Under the pieces are notes generated by a model. That model did not search any database. It had not been told where the DNA came from and saw only the letters and a list, made by a program, of their open reading frames with translations. A stretch of 64,000 nucleotides of DNA from Lophium mytilinum (taxonomy: Eukaryota): NCBI GenBank assembly GCA_010093605.1, contig MU004197.1:124001-188000 (forward strand), read 5' to 3'. Shown here piece after piece: positions 48,326 to 61,100 of the stretch. The translations under genes were made by a program, and so were the position numbers. Position 1 is the first letter of the stretch. Every line of letters begins with the position of its first letter.

Positions 48326-51300
48326 TCAACAGAACTCCTCAGCATCCCCGTACTTATCCGCGAAGTAGTCCTCTGGGTCCTCGTCGTCAGCCGTCGCTTG
48401 CTGAGCAGGCTGGGGCGCCGGAGCAATCGCAGGGGGTGCCGGTGGCTGCGCAGAACCTGTGGAGCTCTGCCCCTTCAGAGGTCGCACGCGGCGCTTCGCA
48501 AGCTGCTCGGTAGAGGCGCGCTTGGGCGTGTCTGTGTCGGCGGAGGCCTGGCCGTCGGAAGATTTGTGTTTGAGCTCGTGATCGTCGTCCTCGTCGTGTG
48601 TAGAGCTTTGATCTTCGCTTGGAGGGCTCTGGTCAGGGCGCGCCTTTGCTTCGGTGCTCTCTTTCTGCGCCTTGCGGTCCTTCAACATCTGCGCCTGAGC
48701 CCCAGAGTCCTCTTCCATGGTCGCCTTCGAGTCCTCATGCAAGGCTTTGTCCAGGGCCTCGGCCTCTTCTCGCTGCTCAAGGATCATTTTGACGTCGAAG
48801 TGGCTGGCTAGATATGCTTGGAACTCCGAGTAAATGGTGAGATAGTAGTTTCGGGAGCCTATCTCGATGCCGCCGTACTCCTGAAGCATCGCCTTTTTGT
48901 ACTCATCTTTTCGATCGGACTCAGGAGATTTGAGCGTTTGCCGAGCGAGGGGTTCTTCTCGAGACCGCGCCCACTCAATGAGTCTGGATTTGCTGAAATT
49001 TGTAGTATACGTCTCGTTTCCCTTCTTTAAGGCGCAGAAGAGTGCGGTAAGGCGGCGTATTCGCTCTTCTCCAAATTTGATGCCCTCGATGTGGTTAGGG
49101 GGTACCTGTAAATTGACTATAGGATCTGCGGGAGGAGGAGCGAGGGCTGTGGATGACGGCGCTGCTATGTTCCGGTTGTTGGGATCAGCGGCTTCTTTGA
49201 GTGCATCTTGATCTTCGACGGTGATAGCCTTGTTTCTCAGAAACTCGAGAAGAACGTCGCTGTCCATGGAAGGCGTATTTTGGAAAAGGTGGGAGATCTG
49301 TTCCTGGATCTTACCGTTGTACCTAGATCTTGAGATCGGCATAGGTACAGAGCTATCGTTCAGCCATCGCGCAGAGAATTCCCGCTCCATTGTTCGCGCA
49401 ATGATTGACAGAAAGTTTTGCGAGTAGCCGGTATGAAGCCGGTCGTTAGCCTCGTCGAGGATCTCGAATATGTCCTCCAGCCGGGATTGGCGCACAGGCA
49501 AGTATTCTGCCACTACGCCAGGGATGTGGAAAGGTTCCAGTTGAGGAATCGTGTCTTCGGAATCTGCATCGACGGCCTCTGCTTCCTCGAGTTCTTCCTC
49601 TTCGAGAATTGGAGCTAGTCCAAATGCATTTGGACGTGTTGGGGACACCGCCCTAGCTTTACCCTTATCTACCCTGCGTTCCATACGTGCCCGATCTGTG
49701 ACACCAGCTGACATCGAAGGCCGTTGGGTTGATTTTTCCTGCAGAGGCTCAGATGACGCACTGGAGGCATAAGAGCTAGCGGCCTGGAATGCGGGCAGGA
49801 TCGTGTCGGATGATGCTGAAGGCACAACCACGTTCGGAAAGGCTGGCTGAGTTTCCATGCCGGCCGGAATTTCAGAAGTAGGTTGAGTCTGATTTTGTGG
49901 TTGACTAGACATGGGTGCATCCTCTTCTTGCGTGGAGGCATCGTCCATGTTCGCAGCTTCCATGCCGGCTGGCATTCCAGACGTCGGCGGAGGAGGATGC
50001 TCATATTGACTAGACCTGGGGGAATCCTCATCTTTCGCGGAGGCATCGGCCATGTTCACAGCTTCCATGCTGGCCGGGGTTTCGGGAATAGATTGAGGCT
50101 GAACTGGAGGTTGACCAAACACGGGCGCATCCTCATCTTTCGTGAGAGCATCCGTCATATCCTGATTCTCCTGCGTCCTGTCCCCGCGGGGTAGCTCCTG
50201 AGCAACTGAAGGCCCAGCACGGTGAGCGTCAGCCTCGTTCTGCTGAGCTGGAAGACCTAGTTTTCCGAAAGGCCACTGATAGTTGGATAGGGCTGGTGCC
50301 TCAGCTCGCGTAGGGGATGAATCGAATATTGCATTCGCTCCCGGAGTCTGTAGCGGTGGAAGTGCTGGTCCTTGCGGACCTGCTGGTGAGGGCTCAGCCA
50401 CACCATCCGACTCTGCCATTTGCAGATCCTCGTTGGGGGGTTGAACCGCGTCCATTTCGGTATCTCCCTCAAATTGAAACCCATCCATATAATTGTCACT
50501 ATGTTTGGGTGGATTCGATGGCTCCTGCATGCCACTAATTTGTTCACCCGCTGGACGCGATTCAGAGCTCAGCAACGACGTGGTCGCGCCGTCAGCCTGA
50601 GTATTGGTATCTGCGTTCGCAGCATTTCCCTCGAGCCCAAACATCGAAGAGCTGTCGCCTTCATCTTGATCGGGCTGAGAGTTTGACAGAGCTGCCCCGG
50701 CATCGTCGTCCGCATATACCATCCTCGCGTTGTCCATATCTTCGGCAGGAGTCTTCAGATCTGGAGCTTGGGTATATGTGTTTTGCGGAGTGCCAAAAGC
50801 AGTAGGGGCACCACCGACACCCGCAGCGGAAGCGACATTCGAAGGCAAAGGGATACCGATATAGGGTGCAGGGATAGAAGCTTGCGCTAGCCCTAAACTC
50901 GGAAGTGCCGGGGGTGCCGTAGAGCTGTTTAGATGTTGGGCAATGTGCTTAGACATATCCGGGGTTTGAATAGGGGAGATGGTTGGAATTGATGGGACTG
51001 AACTTGGTGCATAGGTTTGCACGATTTGATCGGTAGTAGCACTGGCTGGGGGACTCTCTGGAGCTTTAGGTGGAGCCATAACGGTCGGAGCAGCTTCCTC
51101 GATTTTGGGCTGTGGGTCCTCAGCCTCGTCTGACGGCACATATTCCCGCTCAAATATTCTGTGTACTGCCGGGTATTGAAAGTCGTCGCTAACTCCAATG
51201 CTCATCGTAGAGAAGTCAATGATTGGGCCGATGCTCTGAGAGCTCTGCTCAGCGTCTAAAGCAGCTGTACTCTCATCAGACTCCTCGACACCGGTCACAT

Positions 51301-53217
51301 GTGACGAAGAGGTGGGGACTGCATTCGAGACCGGCGAAAGCGACGCAGTGGAAGTTGGCACGTTCGGCACATCGGCCAAGGCATGCGTATCAACTGCTGG
51401 GGGAGCTGCACTAACAGGCGGAGGATTTGATGGAGGCAGTCCCATGCACTTCAATAGAGCAGCAAGCCGAGTCTCGATCTCCCAACCGATGTCGGTGCTG
51501 ACGATCTCCGCAACGCCGTCATCGTCTTCAGTCTCAGTGTCGGAATGCTCCGATTCGGTGTCCTCGTCCAACGACACAGGCTCGCGCCATTGAATCAGGT
51601 CGGATGTTGATCTAGCGGAGTTGACATTGTCGATCTGGCTCTCCGAGGCGTGCTTTTGTATAACTTGGCATGGCTCTGCTAGAGTAAACCCGACAGCGGC
51701 ATCTTGTTGGAAAAGTGCATCCTGTTTCGTGGTGAAGTTGACGTCTGGGGGTTTGATGTTCGAATGGTAGCTAGATTCCGAGACGACAACAGAAGCATCC
51801 TGAATCACGGCGTTTGCGACTGGCTTTTGGGCGGTTGGTTGTGTTTTTGGGGTTCTCTTCTGTGTACGGCGAAGACGACGAAATTTCGATCGCCCAGGCG
51901 TTTCGATATCAGCCTGAATAACCTTTTCGGGTATGGAATGGGCCTTAGTGGGCTCTGCGGCAGGAGTCTGAGCCTGGGGACTTTTAATTTTGGAGTTCTG
52001 ATCCAAAACTGAAGCTCCTTCGACATGACGACGCTCAAGGGAAATCTTCTTGCTCTTGATCGCGTCCTTGGCATCGGAGCTTTCTTTGCCGGAACCGTGA
52101 TGTTGCGCTGGCAATTCTTCCCGCTTCGTGAATTCCTGGGGTTTACGTCGCGAAATTCGCATGTTGCGTCCTCGTGACAGCGCGCCCTCTGGAGGATTTT
52201 CTTCGGGGGCGGGAGGGACCTTTGGCTTAGGCGCGTAGTATTGGAACCAAAACGCGTCAGATTCCGCAACCTCATCCGCCTTCCTTTGGGCCCATTCGGC
52301 CTGGAAACGCGCCTTACGCTCCGCGCGTCTGAGGCTCTGCTTCTTCAAGTGGACCAACATTGCGTCTAGATCGTTTATTAGGCGGAGCCGACGGACTTCT
52401 TTTACGGCGGGGAAGAGAACAAAAATGTAGTGGTCTCTGAACTCTCGCCACACCGTAGTCGGGTCGCGAAACATTCCGAAGGCTTTCTTTGCGTGGGTCA
52501 GTAAATCTAACGCGTCTTGATCGAGCCCAAGGTTGAGGATGTCGTCTTGGGTTGCCCGTCCAGATCTGGGCACCCATATAGAGACTTCGGGCGAGGAATC
52601 TTGGTGCGCGGCGTGAACTAGACGCGAGCAGGTCGGAAGGCTGTGGTGTGATTTAGGTTTCATCTTGCGAGAGAGCTTTGCTTTGAAGCAGCGAAGCGCA
52701 TCAACCGTGCGACGAGAAACCTTTCCGGGCCACTGGTAAAGAAATCGGAACCGCTGAGAGGCGACCGGGACGAATCCAAAGAATGCAGTTGTTGTGCAGC
52801 GGAGTATCGCGTCGCAGTAGCGAAACGTATCCGCTATAGCGTGAGCCACCGCCCCCAGCCATCGAAGAAGTTGTCGGCAGAGTTGGAAGGCGCAAGCAAG
52901 AAGTCCAAGGATCGCAAGAGTCGTGGCGGAAAGGCGTGCTTTGCTCGCGAAAAGGGCATCGGACATGCGGCGGGACATCGCACTGCGCCAGCGAGCAAGG
53001 ACATGGGCATGGGCATATGTTGCGGTGACGAGGATGATGATAGCGAGAATGGCAAAGGGGTATCCGAAGCCTGGGATGAAGCCGCTGAATGAGGCAGGGC
53101 TGGGTGGAGAGGCGTCTAGAGATCACATTAGTAGAGCGCAAGAGGTGAGGGGACAGGCTAATAAGACGCGGGATAGAGCTTACCATTCCGTAAGGGCTCG
53201 AAGTCATCTCCGAGCAT
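48326..53217 (-). CDS. G9: array-family protein, ~1607 aa (TM helices, RATQ motif, disordered region, two KIX-like repeats, basic C-terminal motif)
   Basis: 1550-aa ORF extended upstream through YPFAILAIIILVTATYA and intron 53183-53116 (GTAAGC..CTAAT..TAG) to an ATG at 53217. Start position is uncertain. Confidence 0.75.
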
Positions 53218-54655
53218 CAAACTCAGGTAGTCGCCTCGAGTTTGATCGTCTATAGTGCTTTGGGGAGATGCCGCGATAGAGGAAGGTGCTGCTACCGTGT
53301 CAGAAGGTGGCGCGCAAATGGTCTGCGGGGGAGCCTTACCTCAGAAGTGAGAGAGCGTAGCAGGGTGCCCGGACCAAGGGCAGATATTCAGTGAACCAAC
53401 CAAGGATGCAAGCGCAAGAGCCAGAAGGCTGGTGCGATGCAAGATGGGGCTGGGAGGTGAGGATCAATGGAGGATGGTAGTGGAGAGAAGGGGATCCGGT
53501 CAAGTGCAACAAACAAGTGTAATCTCCGTCGGATGGTTGTCGCCAAGACCTAGACGGGCCACGGTGAATGCAGTGACGGTGGGCGGAAGGGGTGTTGGAG
53601 CTTTCACTCACGTCAATAGACGAGAGAGCCAGGCTTGTTAGAGAGGAGCCTGAACAACGTGGGGCTGCGAGAGTTTTGGCATCTGTCTAGACACTCAGGG
53701 CTCAAGAGGAAGCTCCGATTCCTCGGAGCTGAATGGAAGGTGTTGAAGCGTAGGCGGGTAGGCGGGGAGTGAGAAAAGGTTGTACACCTAGGAATCAGGC
53801 CGCGTACAACTAGTGCTTCCTCTGTTTCGGCAAGTGGCAACTAGAAGAGAATTGATGAAGAGCGTTCACGGCATGATTGAGCAAGGATGCAGTGGCCAAA
53901 TCAAGGATTGAACGCATTCGTACAGAAGATGGTCAAGGCCTAGGGTAAACGTAACCCTAGGCAGAACACGATGGTCCCTAAAGACGATTATTTGGTTACC
54001 GGATGTGATATATAGAACAGAGAAGAACGTCGGAGATAGAAGTCAAGAAATAAAGAATATCCACGTTAAATCGAGAGGTTTGGAGAAAGCGAGAGCGTTG
54101 ATCAATATAACTGTCTTTGCACATAGGTACTATCGGTTCAACATCTTGCAAACATTCTTCTTGTTGACCTACCTAGAGAGCGAATCCATCGGTCGCCTTA
54201 TCTGAGTGCTCACTTACCTATTTCCTCCCACAGCTATACGACATCTTCAGCTCGGCCCTGCTCCACGAGCGGAGCCGCGCAGCGCGTCACTCCAGCTTGG
54301 ATAAAAATCGCGGTGTAAGACCTCCCCGGCGGAGCCCGTTTCTTTACCGCCAGATGCTCGACTGTTCTGGCAGCTTCGACGCAAAGGACAACAACACGGT
54401 TCTGGTGGCACTCGGGTGGCCCTTTAAAGCACGGCGACGCGGTCGGAGCGGACATGTGCTGCTAAAGCTAATCGAGATCAGCCGGAGCCACCGCGAAGGG
54501 AGGCAGTGTACGGCCTCTTGTAGGTGGGGTTTGATGTCCGATGGGATCCTCGTAGAAATGGCTTGTGAGAACTATACGTACTCCGAGGCATGGCAGCAGA
54601 TGTTATGGGAACACCAATCTAATGCATATTGAGCTGAAGAGAAGAATATCAAGAG

Positions 54656-57310
54656 CTAGACTGCGGTATTAGTATATGTAGGAATGTAGAGTAAAAAAGT
54701 AGCATACCTCTGCTTAGACCGATCTAATGCTTTGGCCTCGTCGATCTTCTCCACCCACGCTTTCCGATCGCGAACGGAGAAAGTGCCGAGCGTATGCATG
54801 TGTGTGTTTGTGTTTACAAAGAATTGGTAGATGACCGAGCCACGAGGTACTTCATCGATAATGGTGGCTTTCATGAATTGGTTGTCGATATCTGGGAGGG
54901 TAGCACAGAGCTCGGTCGTTGTCAGAGGCTGGATTGCTGGTCAGTGAAAGGGAATCAAGGCGTAGGAGCTATACCATACCTCTTCCAGAAGCCAGAACTT
55001 TCCCTCTGTAGCACCACTAGCATTGCCTTCACCCTCTTTTCGAGAACGCACTTTGCCCCAAAAGAGATTGTTGTCAAGTAAGACGGCGTGCACTGGAATC
55101 CACTGGCCTTTGCCTCTAATGCGTAATGCGAGCGGTCCTTGGTGGATGATAGTGCGAGCCGGGTCGGAGATGTTCAGTTGATTGAGGAAGTCTACGTTTA
55201 TGGTTTGGATGCGGCGGTAGAGGTTCTGGAGCTGCTCACGACGCGTAGATTTTTCCTGGATCGCACGACACGATTGCTGAAGGTTTTGTAGAGAACGAAG
55301 CGAATGTCTCAAGCTTTCGATCTCTCCCTGATATGCTTGCCCGGATGGCAAGACACCGTATGAGTTCATAATAGAGTTCAAAGTGTCGATATGAAGTTGC
55401 AATTGTAACGTAGGGATATTCGTGAAATCTTCCCATGTCTTGCCGAGCCAGGCAGGTCGCAGACCAAGGGTATTGACGAATGCTCGAAACTTGGGGTCCG
55501 TGGAAAGGGTGAGGCGGACAGCATGTTGAGCATGGGGAAGACGCTGATGATACGTCCGATATGCGACTTGAGACTTTGATACCCAGGCGGTGATGATTTT
55601 GGAATCGCCCGTGGCGAAAGGACTTTGGCTGATTTGTGAGTTTATGGGCAACCGTAGATAATCTTGGTGCAACGCAACCAATTCCTTGATCATTTGAAAA
55701 GCTTCGAGATGTTTCGCCAGAACTGGCCACTTCGAGAGCACTGGAATAACGAAAATTTGATCAAAGGAGGAAAGACGAGTGATGAGGTTCGACTCGGATT
55801 CGACTATCCCAGCCCAGAAAGTGTGGCGGTCTATCTCTTGCGCTGAAACAACCTTAATGTCATCGGTCTCTGAAGAAAGGGTCTTGAACAGGTCTAAATT
55901 GGATTGACTTTTCTCAGATAAAGGTTTGCGGCGAGGCGCCCAAGAACCAGATGTTGTTCGCGGAGAAGAGTCCACAGATCTCGGCGGTCTGCTGTCTACT
56001 GTGGTCGTGGATTCCATTGCGGTACGACTAGAAGATGAGGATACTGCCGAAGACGAGTCCTCGAAGTTCGAAGAAAGAGAGCTTGATGCTCCTGTGGAAT
56101 TAGTTACTACCGATGACCGAAGGGTAGGCGATTGGGGGGTGGCTCCTGGCCGACGTGGGGGTAGAGGCGGTTTTTCTTCCTCCTCGACGTGGGCGTCTAC
56201 CGTGGTTTGCGTGGATGTTGTGCTGCGCACAGAATCCTCGCGCTTTCTAACATTTCTAGATGGGTCAATCGTCGAGCCTGTCTTGGTGGAAACTATGGGC
56301 GGCATGAACGGTAGGTAGCTTCTCTCGATATCATCTAGAAAGGGGTCTCGTTCAATATCCTCAAAGGCTGGTGCATGGAGGCTTGACGCTGGCCCAGATA
56401 AGTCGAGGTTCTGCAGCTCATCGAGCGTATCTGATAGAGGTTGCGATTGTGGCTCATCTTCGTGGTCATCAAAATTGATTAAATCTCCTTCAATGACTTC
56501 AACTGGCGGTTTCGGCTGTTCATTCCGCGCATCGGCAGCGGCCATTGCTCTTCGATATGCCTTGGAATTGACGACCTGGTCATCAAAGTCGAACTCTGCT
56601 TGGCTGGCAATAGATTGTGCATCGACGCCGGATTTGACGTCGAATATAGACGCGGGAACTTTTATCCGGGGATGCGTAGAGCGCAACGACTTGGACCGAG
56701 TTGCAATTTGTTCCAAGGTGCCGGAGTTCTCTCGCAGAAGGCGTTTGATGTCACCCAGGGATTCCCTGTGATGATTACGATTAGCACACAAACATGTTAT
56801 AGCGCAAGCACGGTATCGCACATCTGGAGGCCTTGAATCAAGAGCGTCATAGCAGTCTGCTGACCGCGAATCTGCATCAGCAGTTCTTTCATCCTATCTT
56901 CCTCCCACACTATTCTAGACCGCTGCTTCCAACCCAGCTCACCTCCTGGCAAACCGGAGCCAGCCAACCGCTGCACCTCCTCGTCCAGACACGAGTACAC
57001 AATCATGCATCCCGTCAAAGCAGTATCGAAGGCAGTTTCAAGCTCGGGTTTTTGTCCTAGAGCGTCGCGAAGGAGGAGGCTTTGCACCTGGGAAAGGGCG
57101 GCGCTGATGACCATGGACTCGGAGTAGATAGACGTGATGGTAACGGACGCACCCAGATATCTTTCGCGGAGATCGTAGAGGCCCTTGGCGCACCGTATAG
57201 TTTCGGAGAGGACATTTATCTGCGTACAGCTTAGTAACGTTACGCAGGAAGAGTTCACGCGCCGTGAGATTGATACATACGACGTTAGCGGCGACACTGA
57301 GAGGATCCAT
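54656..57310 (-). CDS. Putative Rho guanine-nucleotide exchange factor-like protein (MDPLS-type fungal N-terminal helical domain + DH + PH)
   Basis: MDPLSVAANV start. Introns 57280-57220, 56821-56766 and 54979-54929 keep frame. DH-like IVESESNLITRL..F..P and PH-like IIHQGPL..W..VHAVLLDNNL..RKAWVEKI. A further 3' intron is possible. Confidence 0.7.
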
Positions 57311-58109
57311 TGTTTGGAGTTTCCGCTATGGCGGACTTGGAAGAAAGCACCCGTTGGTTTTGTTCGCGGAAAAGCTCCACGATTATTTAAGAAGACAGTT
57401 CTGTTACCGGGCATAGCATACTGTTTTGTATTTCAAGGGCGTTTTCGTCTCAAGAGGTGAGATTGATGATGTGACGACGCGACGTGCGATCCCTGCTCGG
57501 AGCGTAAGCGCCGTTTCTCCGGCTGCTTTCGATCTCAACGTCATTCCATCCCACCCCACCCATCCCAGCCATCAACTCCACACACCAATGAGACCTGCTG
57601 ATTAGTAGGCGACCTTAGACAGACCAAAACTCTATGCGCACTCGTTTACCACTGCTAGGGGTGCCGCCATGGGGCGACCACAATGTAGGCATCATGTCAA
57701 GCTTTCGAGAGCGTAAGCTAAGCTCCTTCTTGACTAAGAGGTATCCTCGCGATGGAGCTGCCCCTGACAGTGGCATCCGGCTTGCAAAAGCGGCCGGACA
57801 AAGCTCTATTGTCAGAGTCCTTCTTTGTTAGCTAGGCGTGTTGATCGTTCCCTTTGTTCTCTACTCCACTGATCGAATGCTTAAGACAGCCTGCTTTATT
57901 TAGAAGACACAAAGAAACAATGCACTAGAACTATGCCTGAAACAGGCCAGCGGGCTCAAATATCTGTACAACAATCTACAATTGAATAACATTGACTATT
58001 CCAGCAGCATCCCACAATCCTCGGAAAGTAATCATTTTAATCTCCACAGCAGCAGCATCGATACCTCATTAATTGCACAGAACTTCCGCCGTAGAGCCCA
58101 CCGCTCGTC

Positions 58110-61100
58110 ATGCCACCAGCCCGATCCATCAGGGAATGGTTCCACGACGAGATCATCATCGGCTATCTCAACTTCTATTATCGAATCTATTTCTGCGCTC
58201 TCCATCCACTGACATGCACCGTAGAGACCATTCAGTCGCTTATACATAGTTACTGGGACGGTCTCCAAATCATGCAGAGTGGTTTTCAAGGGCTCCGCAA
58301 TCTGGCCACAGTTGGAGAAAACGAGCATACACCCCCGACGACATTTCTTGAGGATATCTTCGCGGAGGACAGTACTACAGCATATGAATCCGCAGCCCCT
58401 TACTCCGCGTCTACTTTGACCTATATTGACATTTCAACTGACGACATGGGCGTGGAAACCCATTTCTTCAGCGACGAGGACGTTCCAACTTGCACCCCAG
58501 GACTTAGGTGTACCACCGATGTGCTCACTAGCAACGGATTTGCAGGATTTTCGAAATCTGCTGCGTCGCTTTTGAGCGCCACCCCTTTAGCAAACATCGC
58601 TTCTTCTCTCACAACCACCAACAGCAACCCCACTACTCTCCAAACCGCGATAACGACGTCTACCAGCAGCGTCCCTGCCTCCAATCTGACAGGCGGCTTC
58701 TTCGAGCTTGTAAACGACAAGCTAGTTGCGGGATGGACGCTTGGGCACAACTTTGTTTCTGCGATGTTTCGAGGCCTAGTTCTGATTTTCGGCAACTTCT
58801 TCTCCCTGACACACAATTTCCTACGCTCAGCGATTGTAGCTATTGTTACACCTATAAGCAATAAGTTGCTGGAGTGTCGGGCTATCTTTTATGGACTCTT
58901 GTCCTGCATTCGCCGGGGCTGGTTCTCCTGTGAAGGCTTTGTAGAATGCGTGGGAAATTGCATTATTTCAACGTGGCGTAAGATCAAACCATGCGAGGGC
59001 TGGGACGGGTGTAAGTGGTGGATCATGGATCCTCCCTCAAAAGCGCTCTTATTCGCAGCCTTGTTGTTCGTCTCACTTGTTACAATCTTCTATTGGTACT
59101 TAGACAAGTATGAGAGGCGATCCTTGGGGAAATTTGCGCAACCTCCTTTCACTGGCGGTAACCGAAAGGGTGCAGGCAGGAGCGGTAGAGGTGGCGGAGG
59201 CGGCGGCGACGACGGTGGAAATGACAAGAAAGACGGCAAAGACGACGACAATAAACCTGCTCCACACGATCACCCTGCGCCTGAGTCAAGTACCACGTCA
59301 CCTCCTCCAATTCCTGGGTCGACAGTTCCCGCTGGCCAACCTACTGGACCTGCAAATACCAACAAAAGACAAATCAACGGCTCCCAACCCAGCGGACGAC
59401 AAGGCAAAGATATCATAGTAGCTCTTAGAGACATCAACGAACGCTTAAGAAGGGTTGAAAACGCCGGGTCTTCGAAGGCACAAACGGACCTTAAAGCAGT
59501 CAAAGAGCTGGAAGCGAGACTACAACGCATGGTGACCATGTCTAGCAACCCAGCCCAACATGGTGCGGTCAACGTCAATGACGCTGAATATATCAGATCT
59601 CTTGAAGAAAGGGTTCAAGAGCTTGAAAATCCCACTGGTCAGGCCCACTTAGACGAACTTCGGAGCATAGCAGACGCAAAGGACCGCTTTGACCGAAACG
59701 TCGAAGCCAAGCTCGCTGAGATCAAGGCTACAGTCAACGAAGCTAATGAACAGTTCCATCGGCATCGCATGGCTAAAGACCAGCAAAACAAAGAGGAAAG
59801 GGAGAGAGTTGTGGAACTTATCGAAGAGAAGATGAAGGAGGCCAGGGAGGAGTTAGAATCCGAGATCGCCGAGTCAATTGCTAAGTTAGGCAGTGCGCTT
59901 ACATCAACTGTGGCGAGATCAATTGAGGTAACGAACCAGGAGCAGACTCGACCGCTCCGTGAAGAGACCCAAAAAACGGCGGAGAACTTCGTGGCGGCTA
60001 AGAAAGCAAGCGATGAGGCCACCGCTGATATACTGAGAATTAGCAACGGTTTTCAGGACGTACAAAGCCAACTTTTGAGCATGTCTCGGTCTCTTGGGAA
60101 GAACCCCGGTGCAACGACTGTTCCGTCAAACGGTACCATCCAAAGATCAAACTCAAAGGCGGAGCCAAAGGTGGAGCCAAAGGCAGAGCCATCCGGGGCG
60201 GTCCCGAAGAAGGTACTCAAGTATGACGGGCTCTCGCCAAAGCCTGACTACCCCAGAACACCCAAACAGCCCACCGACGCATCCAAGCCAACAATCAAGA
60301 ACTCCGCTGGCAAGAAGAAATCTGAACCAACAACCTGGGCCCCTGTTTCGTCCAGCACAACTTCGCAAGTTAGTATTCCCGTCGCTGCACCGCCTGAAAA
60401 GCCGTTCACGGACCCCATGCCCACCCAAGAACCAGTCACTGAAAATACAAGCAGCTCAGGCACTAATCCGGCAGTATCGACCAAGACCGATGGAGGCGTA
60501 GAGGCGAAGCCCATGCCATCCACACCGATAGACCAAACTGTCAAGGATGATAAGGATGGCATCCAATTGGCAACGCCAACGGGCATTACCGGCGTTTCGC
60601 AGCCTGGATTGAAGCCGAAAGTTGAGTCCGTTGAAAGCGTAAAGTCGAAGCCGGCGCCATCCGCACCGGTCGACCAGACTGTCAAAGATGATAAGGATGG
60701 TATCCAATCCACGAAACCAAATGGCATTACCAGCGTCTCGCAGCCTGAATCGAAGCCGAAAGTTGAGTTCGTTGGAAGCGTAAATTCGAAGACGGCGCCA
60801 TCCCCGACGATCGATCAGACTGTCAAAAAGGGTAAGAATAACACCCAACTTGCAAAGCCGACAGACACGTCCAGAATCTCGCCTCTTGTAGCGGCCCCGA
60901 AAATTAGCACAAGTGCAACTGCTCCAACCGCCGCTGGTAAGGTTCCGAGTAAAAAGGGCAAGCGAGAGCCACCGCCTCCGCCATTCCTAACCGCATTGCC
61001 TCCTTTAAACCCATTCGCCCCACCTCCCGTCACTGCGAGTCGAGTGGGTGGTTTTGATCCGAAAGCTCACGAGGAGGCTTTGGCAAGTGGCAAGATCGAT

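Noticed and set aside
53850..54632. Possible small plus-strand gene and the 9-bp inverted repeat near 53938
   Set aside because: No recognisable product or consistent exon chain, and the short palindrome is single-copy.
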